This document shows positions 1 through 8,557 of a stretch of DNA of 51,084 nt, piece after piece. The notes under the pieces were generated by a model. The model was given only the letters and a program-made list of their open reading frames with translations, ran no database searches and was not told the DNA's origin. The position numbers and the translations under genes were made by a program. The DNA lies in contig JBDKLD010000075.1 in assembly GCA_039795715.1 (NCBI GenBank), positions 1 to 51,084 on the forward strand, given 5' to 3'. This DNA is from Candidatus Parcubacteria bacterium. Its GTDB lineage: Bacteria > Patescibacteriota > Minisyncoccia > Phycocordibacterales > UBA9973. Position 1 is the first letter of the stretch; each line of letters begins with the position of its first letter.

Positions 1-57
1 CGAACCCAGATCGAAGGTTCCACAAACCTCAGTGTTAACCGTTACACCATAGGCTCC
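1..57 (-). tRNA. tRNA-His (anticodon GTG), 3' part cut by window edge
   Basis: The reverse complement reads G(-1)+GAGCCTA acceptor and a GTGT/ACAC D stem. The anticodon stem GAGGT/ACCTT carries loop TTGTGGA (GTG). T stem TGGGT then runs off the window. Confidence 0.8.
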
Positions 58-176
58 ATATGTGGGTGGGCGACAAAAGCTATTGCGCCCGCCCGTGATT
101 TATAGCAAAAAATCCTTATTTTTGCCAGCTTTTTGGCAAATTGGCAAATATGTGAGCTAATGGCATCCTGCCCTCC

Positions 177-515
177 CTAGAAGCTTGGTATTTGGTCAAC
201 TTTTGCCGCGACAATAAAATCGTTTTCCGAAAGTCCTTTAATTGAATGAGTATAAAGTTCGAGTAAAACCTTATTGTACGAAATATGTATATCGGGATGA
301 TGCCCTTCCATCTCGGCAATGTCAGCAACACTTTCGACAAAATTCATAGCTTTGACAAAATCTTTAAACTTAAATTCTCGAGAAATTTTTTTGGCGTCAT
401 CTGAGAGAGTCCATGATGAAACTTCTCCCATATAACTAAGGGCTTCTTCTTTGGTAAGTGGCGCGACACCACCCTCGCACGCTTGACACTTTTTTTGAGT
501 TAGGTTGTGATCCAT
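177..515 (-). CDS. phhB: Pterin-4-alpha-carbinolamine dehydratase (PCD/DCoH family)
   Basis: 112 aa. The block AEMEGHHPDIHISYNKVLLELYTHS is the characteristic PCD signature. Confidence 0.85.
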   Translation of the reverse strand: MDHNLTQKKCQACEGGVAPLTKEEALSYMGEVSSWTLSDDAKKISREFKFKDFVKAMNFVESVADIAEMEGHHPDIHISYNKVLLELYTHSIKGLSENDFIVAAKVDQIPSF

Positions 516-549
516 ATTTTAGAAAAAATTGATGAGTAATTAATGTCGC

Positions 550-2151
550 CTAGTTACACTTATCTCCGAGTGGTTGTCTTGCCACTTTGCCGGAATATCC
601 TCGGCTGTCGGTGCAGTAGTAACCATTACTACTGTGCGTATAGTAGCTCCAAGCGGTCTCTGTGTCACTACAGACCGGAAGTTCATAGCCTGATGATATT
701 ATTTTAGTAGAAATAAATGGAATAGTAAGTTCGGTGCTCTCTTCACTTTCTTCGCCCTTCTTAATGCATACTCCTCTAAATGAATCGTTATTTACCCCCT
801 TGTACACACTGGCAATCATACGTACATCAGAGAAAAATCCCTTGAGTACTTCTGGTGCATCTGACACAGCATCTTTTTTCTCGAGATCTTCGTATGGAAT
901 AACAAGAGAAGGAATATTTATTGTTGGCGGTGTATCAAAACGATCGAATGAAAGCGAGAATTTTACTTGCACAGGCAGTGTATACTCTTTGGTTTTATAG
1001 CTAAAGACGATAACGGCTTTCTTGATGATGCCACCTTGTCCAAAAGTTATCTTACCGATTGGCAATTCAGTTAATGAGCTTACGTCATACTTTGGTCCCA
1101 AATTGGTTGACTCTCCGAGCTTGTCGCCAGTAAATAAAATACTGCTAAAATAGTCTACAATTGCGCCAGTAAAGTTTACCGACATAACTGTATCTCCGTT
1201 TTGTTGAGCAACACTATCTGTAACAGTCGCCTGACTTATGAAGAGAGCAAGATCTCTTGGGAAACCTCTATCGTATAAATTGGTTCCTCCCCAAAAGCCA
1301 TATGCATAGGGCGGTATTGTCATGTCTTTGTCAAAACGCACCCAATTTGCTCCTTGATTTGCAAGTGCTTGATCAAAAACCGTGGCACTCTCTGAGAGTC
1401 TCGCATAAAACGCATTGCCAATAAGGCGACTTGTCGCAGTAAAGTCCATGTTTATAGTTTCAGAAATACTAATCTTGGTTGCAAACTTTACCTCATTCTT
1501 CTTTGATCGATAATCAAACCAATCATCGACACCGAAAAAAGAACCGGTTACCTTTGCCCCTGCTTGCCTCTCAGAAAGTCCGCCGAAAGTGCTCACAAGT
1601 GCCTTATCAGGCAAGACAAGACCTGCTGGTGCGGAAATCTCGTACTCACCTGAATACTGAATGGATTTAGCTTTTTCCATTGTTTCAACAACTGCTCTGA
1701 CTTTTTTTGCAGGATCATTTACAAGTGGCCGGATAAAAAAATAGCCGAGGAATGCGAGCAGGGCTACGCCAAACAACACAACAACAAGAAGCAACTTACT
1801 GCCTTTTGGTTTTTGTTCAATCCCTTCTGTTACTTTTATATCGAGAGAAGTATTTTCTTTTTGTGAAATAGTAGTTGGTGATGTGATATTTGGAATATTG
1901 AGATTCGTAGTTGGTTTTTCTTCTATTGGAACACTGGCAACAGGACTTGCTGTGGTGACAGTAGGGATAGCTGGCGTATTTTCAGAAACACTTGCCGACA
2001 GGCCATGCGTTTTTTCGGCAACACTTCGAAAAGCATCGGCAATATCAAGTGGCTTCCAGCCGACAGCAACAAGAGCATCCTGAATTGTATCGTGCGCCAC
2101 TCCTCGTTTTATTTCATTTTCAATATATGTAATGAGGTCGTTTGATTTCAT
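550..2151 (-). CDS. Hypothetical membrane-anchored protein (small cytoplasmic N-domain, one TM, large extracytoplasmic domain)
   Basis: 533-aa ORF with a hydrophobic span LLLVVVLFGVALLAFLGYFFI. I recognise no catalytic motif. Confidence 0.6.
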   Translation of the reverse strand: MKSNDLITYIENEIKRGVAHDTIQDALVAVGWKPLDIADAFRSVAEKTHGLSASVSENTPAIPTVTTASPVASVPIEEKPTTNLNIPNITSPTTISQKENTSLDIKVTEGIEQKPKGSKLLLVVVLFGVALLAFLGYFFIRPLVNDPAKKVRAVVETMEKAKSIQYSGEYEISAPAGLVLPDKALVSTFGGLSERQAGAKVTGSFFGVDDWFDYRSKKNEVKFATKISISETINMDFTATSRLIGNAFYARLSESATVFDQALANQGANWVRFDKDMTIPPYAYGFWGGTNLYDRGFPRDLALFISQATVTDSVAQQNGDTVMSVNFTGAIVDYFSSILFTGDKLGESTNLGPKYDVSSLTELPIGKITFGQGGIIKKAVIVFSYKTKEYTLPVQVKFSLSFDRFDTPPTINIPSLVIPYEDLEKKDAVSDAPEVLKGFFSDVRMIASVYKGVNNDSFRGVCIKKGEESEESTELTIPFISTKIISSGYELPVCSDTETAWSYYTHSSNGYYCTDSRGYSGKVARQPLGDKCN

Positions 2152-2603
2152 GGTGTTGCGACTGCTTTCTCGCCGAATTTTTTCATATCTTCAAACACAG
2201 CGACAACTGTTGGATTGGTACTTTGTGTATGAAGCCAAATATCATTTATGCACGCGCTATGCAATTCTGGAATTGTAACTTTGGGACATGCTCCACCAGC
2301 TTCAATCACGTCTGTAGACACATTAGTAGGATTTGAAGTTGCTTGATACACCACCTTGAACCCGATAACTTTTTGAGGATTAGCCACATCCTTTACCTCT
2401 TCAAACGTCCAATCTGAAGGATAGATGAACGGCGTGCCACCCAATGCATATGAATTCCAGACCATATCGCTCGAAATATTTGGCACACCATCAGACTGCA
2501 TCATGTCTTCTTCGGGTGAAATATTTGCATTATTAAATAGCAAAATAATGCCGGTCGCGGCAATGGCCAAAATGAGCAATGAAAAGAGAACATTTTTCTG
2601 CAT
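2148..2603 (-). CDS. Hypothetical secreted/anchored protein
   Basis: The ORF track gives 2148..2660. An internal Met (MQKNVLFSLLILAIAATGIILL) gives a signal/anchor-like N-terminus, so the start at 2603 is preferred. A 4-nt overlap with the downstream gene suggests an operon. Confidence 0.5.
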   Translation of the reverse strand: MQKNVLFSLLILAIAATGIILLFNNANISPEEDMMQSDGVPNISSDMVWNSYALGGTPFIYPSDWTFEEVKDVANPQKVIGFKVVYQATSNPTNVSTDVIEAGGACPKVTIPELHSACINDIWLHTQSTNPTVVAVFEDMKKFGEKAVATP

Positions 2604-2671
2604 GTATATATTATAGCTTATATCTGAGTAGTGGAAATAAAAAAACACGACCTTAGTCATGTTTTTTCTTG

Positions 2672-2755
2672 TGCGCGGGAGAAGACTTGAACTTCCATGC
2701 CCGTGAGGGCGCTACCACCTCAAGGTAGTGCGTCTACCAGTTTCGCCACCCGCGC
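2672..2755 (-). tRNA. tRNA-Leu (anticodon GAG), long variable arm
   Basis: The reverse complement has GCGCGGG/CCCGCGC acceptor and anticodon stem CTACC/GGTAG with loop TTGAGGT. Variable arm is CGCCCTCACGGGCAT and T arm is GGAAG-TTCAAGT-CTTCC. No CCA is encoded. Confidence 0.9.
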
Positions 2756-3154
2756 TTATTCTGCAGCAGCTTCTTCCATTACTTCTTCTTCGTGCTTGCC
2801 TTTCTTAGTATACATCTTCATCTTGCGGGCGACTTCGCGAGCGGCCTTTTCTCGGACGTAGTAGAGCTTTGAACGGCGGACACGAGAGCGTTTGACCACT
2901 TCGATTTTGTCGATATTTGGAGAGTAGAGCGGGAAAATACGTTCGACACCGACACCGCTCGCAACCTTGCGAATAGTGAAAGTAGCGCCAGCTTCAGAGC
3001 CGTGCTTACGAGCCAAAACGAGACCTTCAAATGCCTGGAGACGGACTTTGCCCTTATCCTCGATTTTTGACCAGACACGCACAGTGTCGCCAGAGGAAAA
3101 CTCAAGCTTTTTGCGCTCGTCGCTATTAACTGGGGTCATTACTTTCAGTGCCAT
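2756..3154 (-). CDS. rplS: 50S ribosomal protein L19
   Basis: 132 aa. [31 protein letters not shown] and [17 protein letters not shown] are typical L19 blocks. The stop directly abuts tRNA-Leu. Confidence 0.93.
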   Translation of the reverse strand: MALKVMTPVNSDERKKLEFSSGDTVRVWSKIEDKGKVRLQAFEGLVLARKHGSEAGATFTIRKVASGVGVERIFPLYSPNIDKIEVVKRSRVRRSKLYYVREKAAREVARKMKMYTKKGKHEEEVMEEAAAE

Positions 3155-3185
3155 AATGGACGTTACTTTAGCATGGAATACTTAG

Positions 3186-3974
3186 TTATGCAAGATTGAA
3201 CTCCTCCGGTACTGGTGCCTCAAAAACCCTGTCCTTACCATCTTTGCCGACAAAGCTGAGCTTCGCCGCATGGAGCATGAGCCTTGGGTATGCCGCAATA
3301 GTCTTGTCATCACCGTAAAGCTTGTCGCCGCCAACTGGGTGGTTGACGTGCTTCATGTGCACGCGGATCTGGTGCGTGCGACCGGTGCGTGGGCGAATAG
3401 AAATGAGGCTCCATTCAGTACCAAGCGCATCACGAGTTTTGCCAAGCACGCGGTAATCGGTCACTGCATCACGGAGCTCGCCTCTTGTTCCCTTGCCCGA
3501 ACTGTTCAGGCCGAGCCATTTGCGAAAATCATTTTTTGAGCGCCCAATCGGTACGGAAATCGATCCGATATTTTCTTTGAAACCTCCGCGCACAATAGCG
3601 AGGTACTCTTTCTTCATCGTTCGCTCCTGAAATTCTTTTTTTAGTGCAAAAAAAGTTTCACTATCTTTAGCAATAATCATTACACCTGAAGTATCTTTGT
3701 CGAGACGATGCACAATGCCCGGACGATAAATGCGGAGTTCGCCGGTGCCGTCATCGTTCATTTTGTACTCATGAGAAGGTAAAGCGCAGCCGGCAACGAC
3801 ACCTTTGCCGAGCGGGATGACGAGCGGTTCGCCGACAAGCTTGGTCACCTTTCCTGTATCAATTAAAAAATCCGCGAGACTTTCCTCGCAAGTGTGACCG
3901 TCGCCATGAACAAGCAGACCAGAAGGCTTGTTGATCACGAGTATTTTTTCATCTTCAAAAATGGTATCAATCAT
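3186..3974 (-). CDS. RluA-family pseudouridine synthase (no S4 domain)
   Basis: Catalytic motif HRLDKDTSGVMIIAK plus the C-terminal GRTHQIRVHM block. Confidence 0.85.
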   Translation of the reverse strand: MIDTIFEDEKILVINKPSGLLVHGDGHTCEESLADFLIDTGKVTKLVGEPLVIPLGKGVVAGCALPSHEYKMNDDGTGELRIYRPGIVHRLDKDTSGVMIIAKDSETFFALKKEFQERTMKKEYLAIVRGGFKENIGSISVPIGRSKNDFRKWLGLNSSGKGTRGELRDAVTDYRVLGKTRDALGTEWSLISIRPRTGRTHQIRVHMKHVNHPVGGDKLYGDDKTIAAYPRLMLHAAKLSFVGKDGKDRVFEAPVPEEFNLA

Positions 3975-5314
3975 GCAGCCTCTTCGAAATCATCGCTAGT
4001 GATAGTTTGCGAATATTGCTCATTTTCAAATTCAATAATGAGTTCGTTTAACCGTCTTGATGTTTTATCGTCGTGTGGAATCAATGTCATTTTTTTTATA
4101 TCTTCACTATCCTCCCCCAACTCTATTATCGACTCTTTAACGGCATCGTATTGATCAGCTATCGAATTGCCGTACTTATGAGCAAAAATTGCGAGTATAT
4201 TACATTGAGTAATTATTTGATTCATAAGTTCATTTTTCATTGCACTATTTCTGTAGTCATTTTCAACATTTGGATCAGTAATATTTTTAAGCATGTAGGC
4301 AAGTTTTTTGACTTCACTGAAACTAAAATAGAGAATAGCTTTTGGAACAGCAAATCTCTCTCTCATTTTTCCTGAGTGATCTTTGAAGTATTTTACCTTG
4401 GTTTTATAACCATCTTTAATTGAACGCAGAAGTTTAAAAACTTTTTCTTTGTATTGCTCACTATGTAACCCACGGTAAGTAACATCAATACCAAGTCCCA
4501 TAAATTTACTTTCCATGTCCTCCCCTATTATCTCCATCATATCGTCAACACCATTTCTGACATCATCAAATCGTGAAGCAGGAGTAATTTTTACCCGGTT
4601 TGTATACCAATCAAGTTTAGTCACGCCATACTCGAGTGCGATTTCAGTAATTGTGGCAATTTTTTTATTTTTAACAATACCTTCAGAAGAAACACTGTTA
4701 AACTTTTGTTCCTTATGATCAATAAGTTCTAGGTCTTTTTTTACTTCTTCATTACCACCCTTGATTAAACCAGCTTTAGCGAACTCGTAGTAGTATTCAT
4801 CATTTTCTTGGCTTTTTGTTTTTTCTAGAACAAGTGCTGCCTCGTGGAGAGAATCGAGTTCTTCCGGGTCATTGAAAACTGCATCTCTTTCTTCTTGTTT
4901 CTTTTTTTCTTGGGAAAATGCCTCGAAGTTTTTATACAACTCCTCATCTTGAATGACATTAAAGTTAATCTCTTTTTTCTCAACAACTATTGGAATAAAT
5001 TCTGGTTCGAGTTTTATCTTTGCTTTTTTTTCAGGCTTTGCTGCTTCAATAATTTTCCCGGAAGTTTTGAGTATGTTCAAAACATCACTTACAATTACGC
5101 CATCTTTTATTAGTCCAGTTGCCACAAGTGCTGCCTCTGCCTCCGCATCGGTCAATGGTGTGTTAAATTGAGAAAGCTTACCTGTTTCGATTCTCAACGC
5201 GATACGATTGGCAGCCTTATCGGCAAGCATGGCTTCCTTTGAAGCAAAGACTTTCCCATCATCGGCAGGACTTTGTGGTGGAAGATTTTCAGAGCCATTA
5301 AATTTAGGATTCAT
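3971..5314 (-). CDS. Hypothetical protein, AT-rich orphan
   Basis: 447-aa uninterrupted ORF that is acidic and Lys-rich. I recognise no motif. It overlaps the next gene by 4 nt. Confidence 0.55.
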   Translation of the reverse strand: MNPKFNGSENLPPQSPADDGKVFASKEAMLADKAANRIALRIETGKLSQFNTPLTDAEAEAALVATGLIKDGVIVSDVLNILKTSGKIIEAAKPEKKAKIKLEPEFIPIVVEKKEINFNVIQDEELYKNFEAFSQEKKKQEERDAVFNDPEELDSLHEAALVLEKTKSQENDEYYYEFAKAGLIKGGNEEVKKDLELIDHKEQKFNSVSSEGIVKNKKIATITEIALEYGVTKLDWYTNRVKITPASRFDDVRNGVDDMMEIIGEDMESKFMGLGIDVTYRGLHSEQYKEKVFKLLRSIKDGYKTKVKYFKDHSGKMRERFAVPKAILYFSFSEVKKLAYMLKNITDPNVENDYRNSAMKNELMNQIITQCNILAIFAHKYGNSIADQYDAVKESIIELGEDSEDIKKMTLIPHDDKTSRRLNELIIEFENEQYSQTITSDDFEEAA

Positions 5315-5393
5315 AGGTTTAGTCTACCGCAACTTGTAAAAAAGGCTAAATACTATATTATTTGCCTACACGCAGGATAAAAGTGCAAATAAC

Positions 5394-5469
5394 GCGCGAT
5401 TAGCTCAGTTGGTAGAGCAACCCATTTACACTGGGAAGGTCGCAGGTTCGAGTCCTGCATCGCGCACCA
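5394..5469 (+). tRNA. tRNA-Val (anticodon TAC), CCA encoded
   Basis: GCGCGAT acceptor and GCTC-AGTTGGTA-GAGC D arm. Anticodon stem ACCCA/TGGGA carries loop TTTACAC. T arm is GCAGG-TTCGAGT-CCTGC, followed by ATCGCGC-A-CCA. Confidence 0.92.
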
Positions 5470-5524
5470 GAGTCTGCCCGACAGATTTGCCCCTGTACTC
5501 CGTTCAGGGTCGTCGCTCGGAAAA

Positions 5525-5554
5525 AATAAGAATACGGTGTATTCTTATTTTGTT
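5525..5554 (+). terminator. Hairpin plus T-run between the two tRNAs
   Basis: AATAAGAATAC-ggt-GTATTCTTATT (11 bp) followed by TTGTT. Confidence 0.5.
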
Positions 5555-5562
5555 CCTCACTA

Positions 5563-5634
5563 GCCCCTGTAGTTAAATGGATATAACTGCGGACTTCTAA
5601 GCCGTTATTCGAGGTTCGATTCCTCGCGGGGGCA
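5563..5634 (+). tRNA. tRNA-Arg (anticodon TCT)
   Basis: GCCCCTG/CGGGGGC acceptor and GTTA/TAAC D stem. The anticodon loop CTTCTAA (TCT) sits on a GCGGA/GCCGT stem with one A-G mismatch. T arm is CGAGG-TTCGATT-CCTCG. Confidence 0.8.
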
Positions 5635-5676
5635 CATTTAAGATTCAATTGAATGACGAAAATTTCGTTTTATTCG

Positions 5677-6750
5677 CTATTTCAGAAGACCACGCAACGC
5701 AAGTGAGAGCGCCGGTAAATAATGCAGGCTTTCAGCTTCAGTCATTTCGGGAACTTCATCGATGAACTTGAGACCCTTGAACGGCTCCGGTGTTTTGACT
5801 TCTATATTGAGCGCGGTTTCGAGGTAGCCAGCGAGTCCGGGAATAGTTGCGCCAATACCAACAAGTGTGACCTGCCCGACTTTACACTCTTTTTCTTTGC
5901 GACAGTCGACATGCCAGTAAAGGAAAAGTTTTTCGGCGGCTTCAGTGATCTTGCGAAATTCGCCACGCAAAATACCGAGCACGCCATTTTTCGCTGTCAT
6001 TGAAATGCCTTCAAAGAAGAGTGATTCTTCGGCTGCATCATGCGCGATATCAAATTGGTCGACAATTTTCTCAACCCAAACATCGGTACCGGTTGGCACT
6101 TCTTCTTCTACGACGAGCGAGCCTTTGGATAAAATAGTGATGGATGTTTCGTGGGCTTTGATAGTAATGAAAATACTTGCCGCATCATCTTTGCCGACGA
6201 GTTCGGCAGTGACTTCGGTCGCGAGGCCAACATACTCGAGATTGAAATTTGTTTTCTTGGCAATTTCTTTCATGCGATCAATCGGATCTTGCGGGAGCAT
6301 CGTCACTGCGACTTTGGTATTATTTTTTTCTCTATATAAAATTTCAGTCTGCAGGACAAAGTTGTGACCATCGCCGAGAGATTTTTTGACTTCCCTCTCC
6401 ACTAAGTGTTCAAGAAGAAATGGGTCGCTCTCCGGTAATACCATTTCAAAAAATGTCGCCGTGCCGTCGGGAATCGCGACTTGGAGCGTTTTAGTTTTTG
6501 ATCGATTGTGGAGCGCCTTGAATATACTTGCTAGTTCCTGCGCGCGCTCTTCTTTGTCACCGCTATCAGTTTCGAGGTGCACTTCGCCAAAGCGAGTGAT
6601 GGAGAGCCCGTGCGGTGTACCAAGCGCTTCGACGTATGAAACAGCGTGGTCATCGAGCGCAACGCCGAGCGAGGCGCGCTTGCCGGTTTTTGGAAGATAA
6701 TTTTTATTTGATGATTTTTTCATATGATTTGTGTAAGGAACTTTTCTCAA
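5677..6750 (-). CDS. pilM: Type IV pilus assembly protein PilM-like (actin-like ATPase fold)
   Basis: 357 aa. The N-terminal LGVALDDHAVSYVEAL strand-loop and the C-terminal LPALSLALRGL are typical of PilM. The start may be the downstream Met at 6723. Confidence 0.6.
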   Translation of the reverse strand: MRKVPYTNHMKKSSNKNYLPKTGKRASLGVALDDHAVSYVEALGTPHGLSITRFGEVHLETDSGDKEERAQELASIFKALHNRSKTKTLQVAIPDGTATFFEMVLPESDPFLLEHLVEREVKKSLGDGHNFVLQTEILYREKNNTKVAVTMLPQDPIDRMKEIAKKTNFNLEYVGLATEVTAELVGKDDAASIFITIKAHETSITILSKGSLVVEEEVPTGTDVWVEKIVDQFDIAHDAAEESLFFEGISMTAKNGVLGILRGEFRKITEAAEKLFLYWHVDCRKEKECKVGQVTLVGIGATIPGLAGYLETALNIEVKTPEPFKGLKFIDEVPEMTEAESLHYLPALSLALRGLLK

Positions 6751-6765
6751 AATACTGTCGGACGT

Positions 6766-7110
6766 CTAGGTTACTGAAACTCCGGAGCGAACTTTTGTGC
6801 CCGGCTCCAGTGTTGTAAAGTTTTCGAGGTCGCCGGTGACGTAGAGAATCATGCCATTTGATTCGATCCCGCGAATCATGCGGGGCGCGAGGTTGGTGAT
6901 CACTGGCACTTGCTTGCCGACGAGCATGGAAATGTCAGGGAAATACTCACGGACACCAGAGAGAATCGTTCGTGGCATTTCTTCGCCAAGGTCGACTTTG
7001 TACATGACAAGCTTATCGGCGCCCGGCACGGCAGTCGCTTCGAGTATGGTGCCGATTTTTATTTCCAGCTTTTTTACATCGTCAATGGTTATTTTTTGTT
7101 CTTCGTTCAT
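6766..7110 (-). CDS. tRNA-binding domain protein (CsaA/EMAP-II-like OB fold)
   Basis: IKIGTILEATAVPGADKLVMYKVDLGEE ... VITNLAPRMIRGIESNGMIL matches the MetG C-terminal/CsaA tRNA-binding domain. Confidence 0.85.
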   Translation of the reverse strand: MNEEQKITIDDVKKLEIKIGTILEATAVPGADKLVMYKVDLGEEMPRTILSGVREYFPDISMLVGKQVPVITNLAPRMIRGIESNGMILYVTGDLENFTTLEPGTKVRSGVSVT

Positions 7111-7571
7111 TTGTTCTTCAATTGTATGGTATCCAAGTGTCTCTGTAAAATGATTGCTGCGGCTTTGGCGTCGACATTTTCTCCTCCAACAGCATTTTTG
7201 CCTGATGTTTTTTTGCCTGCACGATGCGGATTGGCGACCGGTTTTTCGCGTTGGCGCTCATTCTGTGTCGCATGACGCGCTTCACTCGAAGAGAAAAATT
7301 CTTTGACAAAGTGTACTGGTAAGCCGAACTGCATGCCGATGTATCCCGCAAAGTCATTGATATCTTCTTGAACTTTATTTGATTGCCCTTTCAGGTCGAG
7401 CGACTTACCAAGGACAATTTCACCAATACCCTCCTTCACAATCACCTTTTCAATTTCCTTTTCTTTGTCAGAGGTGGCAATAATAGAGTGAGGAAAGGCA
7501 ATTTTCCCGTTCGTATCGGAAACCGCCAAGCCTATTTTCTTGGTGCCGTAGTCTATGCCGAGATATTTCAT
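7107..7571 (-). CDS. ruvX: Putative pre-16S rRNA nuclease / Holliday junction resolvase YqgF
   Basis: MKYLGIDYGTKKIGLAVSD is the N-terminal RNase H-like motif. The ORF track extends to 7622, but the conserved start is Met at 7571. ATGA overlap with the downstream gene. Confidence 0.8.
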   Translation of the reverse strand: MKYLGIDYGTKKIGLAVSDTNGKIAFPHSIIATSDKEKEIEKVIVKEGIGEIVLGKSLDLKGQSNKVQEDINDFAGYIGMQFGLPVHFVKEFFSSSEARHATQNERQREKPVANPHRAGKKTSGKNAVGGENVDAKAAAIILQRHLDTIQLKNK

Positions 7572-7683
7572 GTTGGCATTATAGCCTATGCGACCGATAG
7601 GCGCTCGCCTGCCCTGCAACACCGCAACTGAGCATTTGCCGTCAGATATTGTCTATATGCCCAAATTACGCTAGTATTTCCCC

Positions 7684-7938
7684 ATGGATGCATTCCTAAG
7701 CCAATCCGACCCCAAAAGCCTCACGGTTTTTGCCATTGTCGCTCTTTGGACCGTCTTTTGGAAAGGTCTGGCGCTCTGGCAAGCAAGCCGTCGCGATCAG
7801 AGGATTTGGTTTGTCGTCCTACTCGTTGTTTCCACGCTTGGTATTCTGGAGATCATTTATCTCTTCTTTGTGATTAAGATGAAGCCGAGTGAGTTATTTG
7901 GTACTGGAAATAAGGAAAAGACGGAGATAGAAAAATAA
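7684..7938 (+). CDS. Small two-TM membrane protein
   Basis: 84 aa with two hydrophobic helices (LTVFAIVALWTVFW and WFVVLLVVSTLGILEIIYLFFVI). It resembles small membrane proteins common in CPR genomes. Confidence 0.55.
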   Translation: MDAFLSQSDPKSLTVFAIVALWTVFWKGLALWQASRRDQRIWFVVLLVVSTLGILEIIYLFFVIKMKPSELFGTGNKEKTEIEK

Positions 7939-7999
7939 TTTTATTTTCCCTTTATATTTTCTTTATTACGACTTCACCTTCGGTTGAGAAACTGAAAGG

Positions 8000-8509
8000 G
8001 TGAAAAATTATAAAAGAAATCCCAACACCAAATGTGTTGTCTGTACAGCCCCTATTTACCGAAGACCGTCTGAAATTGAGCACAGCAAAAGACGAGTATT
8101 CTGTAGCCAAGCTTGCTATGGTATATATAATAGGAAGGAAATCCCGTGTCTAGTTTGTGGGGCATTAATTCTTGCTGGTGCAAACAAGAAAACGTGCAGT
8201 AGGGCATGCGCAAATAAGCACAGAGCTGGTATTTCATATAAAATAAACAGACCACGAGATAAAGTTAAAAGTCAGAGGAGTTTGAAAATTAGGTTATTGG
8301 AACAAAGGGGAAGATTGTGTGAAAGGTGTGGGTATAACAAGCAAGAGATTCTGGAAGTGCACCACAAAGATAGGGATAGAGGTAACAACGAGCTTGATAA
8401 TTTAGCATTAATTTGTCCGAATTGTCACGCAGAAGAGCATTATCTAAAAAATAGTTGGTTGACAAATATCGGGAGGCGTGGCGGAGTTGGTCTATCGCAC
8501 TCGTCTTGA
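8000..8509 (+). CDS. HNH endonuclease with N-terminal Cys-rich (zinc-ribbon-like) repeats
   Basis: GTG start. HNH core is CERCGYNKQEILEVHHKDRDRGNNELDNLALICPNCHAEEH. The last ~13 codons read into tRNA-Ser. Confidence 0.75.
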   Translation: MKNYKRNPNTKCVVCTAPIYRRPSEIEHSKRRVFCSQACYGIYNRKEIPCLVCGALILAGANKKTCSRACANKHRAGISYKINRPRDKVKSQRSLKIRLLEQRGRLCERCGYNKQEILEVHHKDRDRGNNELDNLALICPNCHAEEHYLKNSWLTNIGRRGGVGLSHSS

Positions 8510-8557
8510 AAACGAGAGTTCCGCAAGGGACCGTGAGTTCGAATCTCACCGCCTCCG
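8472..8557 (+). tRNA. tRNA-Ser (anticodon TGA), long variable arm
   Basis: GGAGGCG/CGCCTCC acceptor. Anticodon stem CTCGT/ACGAG carries loop CTTGAAA. Variable arm is AGTTCCGCAAGGGACC and T arm is GTGAG-TTCGAAT-CTCAC. Confidence 0.9.

Noticed and set aside
2818-3185. ORFs 2818..3105(-) and 2967..3185(+) overlapping rplS
   Set aside because: These are alternative frames or the antisense of a highly conserved ribosomal protein gene, with no independent support. The many other short track ORFs nested in or antisense to confidently assigned genes are ignored for the same reason.
5400-5648. 82-aa minus-strand ORF from the track
   Set aside because: It lies entirely antisense to tRNA-Val, a terminator hairpin and tRNA-Arg, so it is an artefact of the RNA genes. 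The same reasoning applies to 8289..8549 (over tRNA-Ser), 21996..22226 (over tRNA-Arg) and 38949..39149 (over tRNA-Lys).
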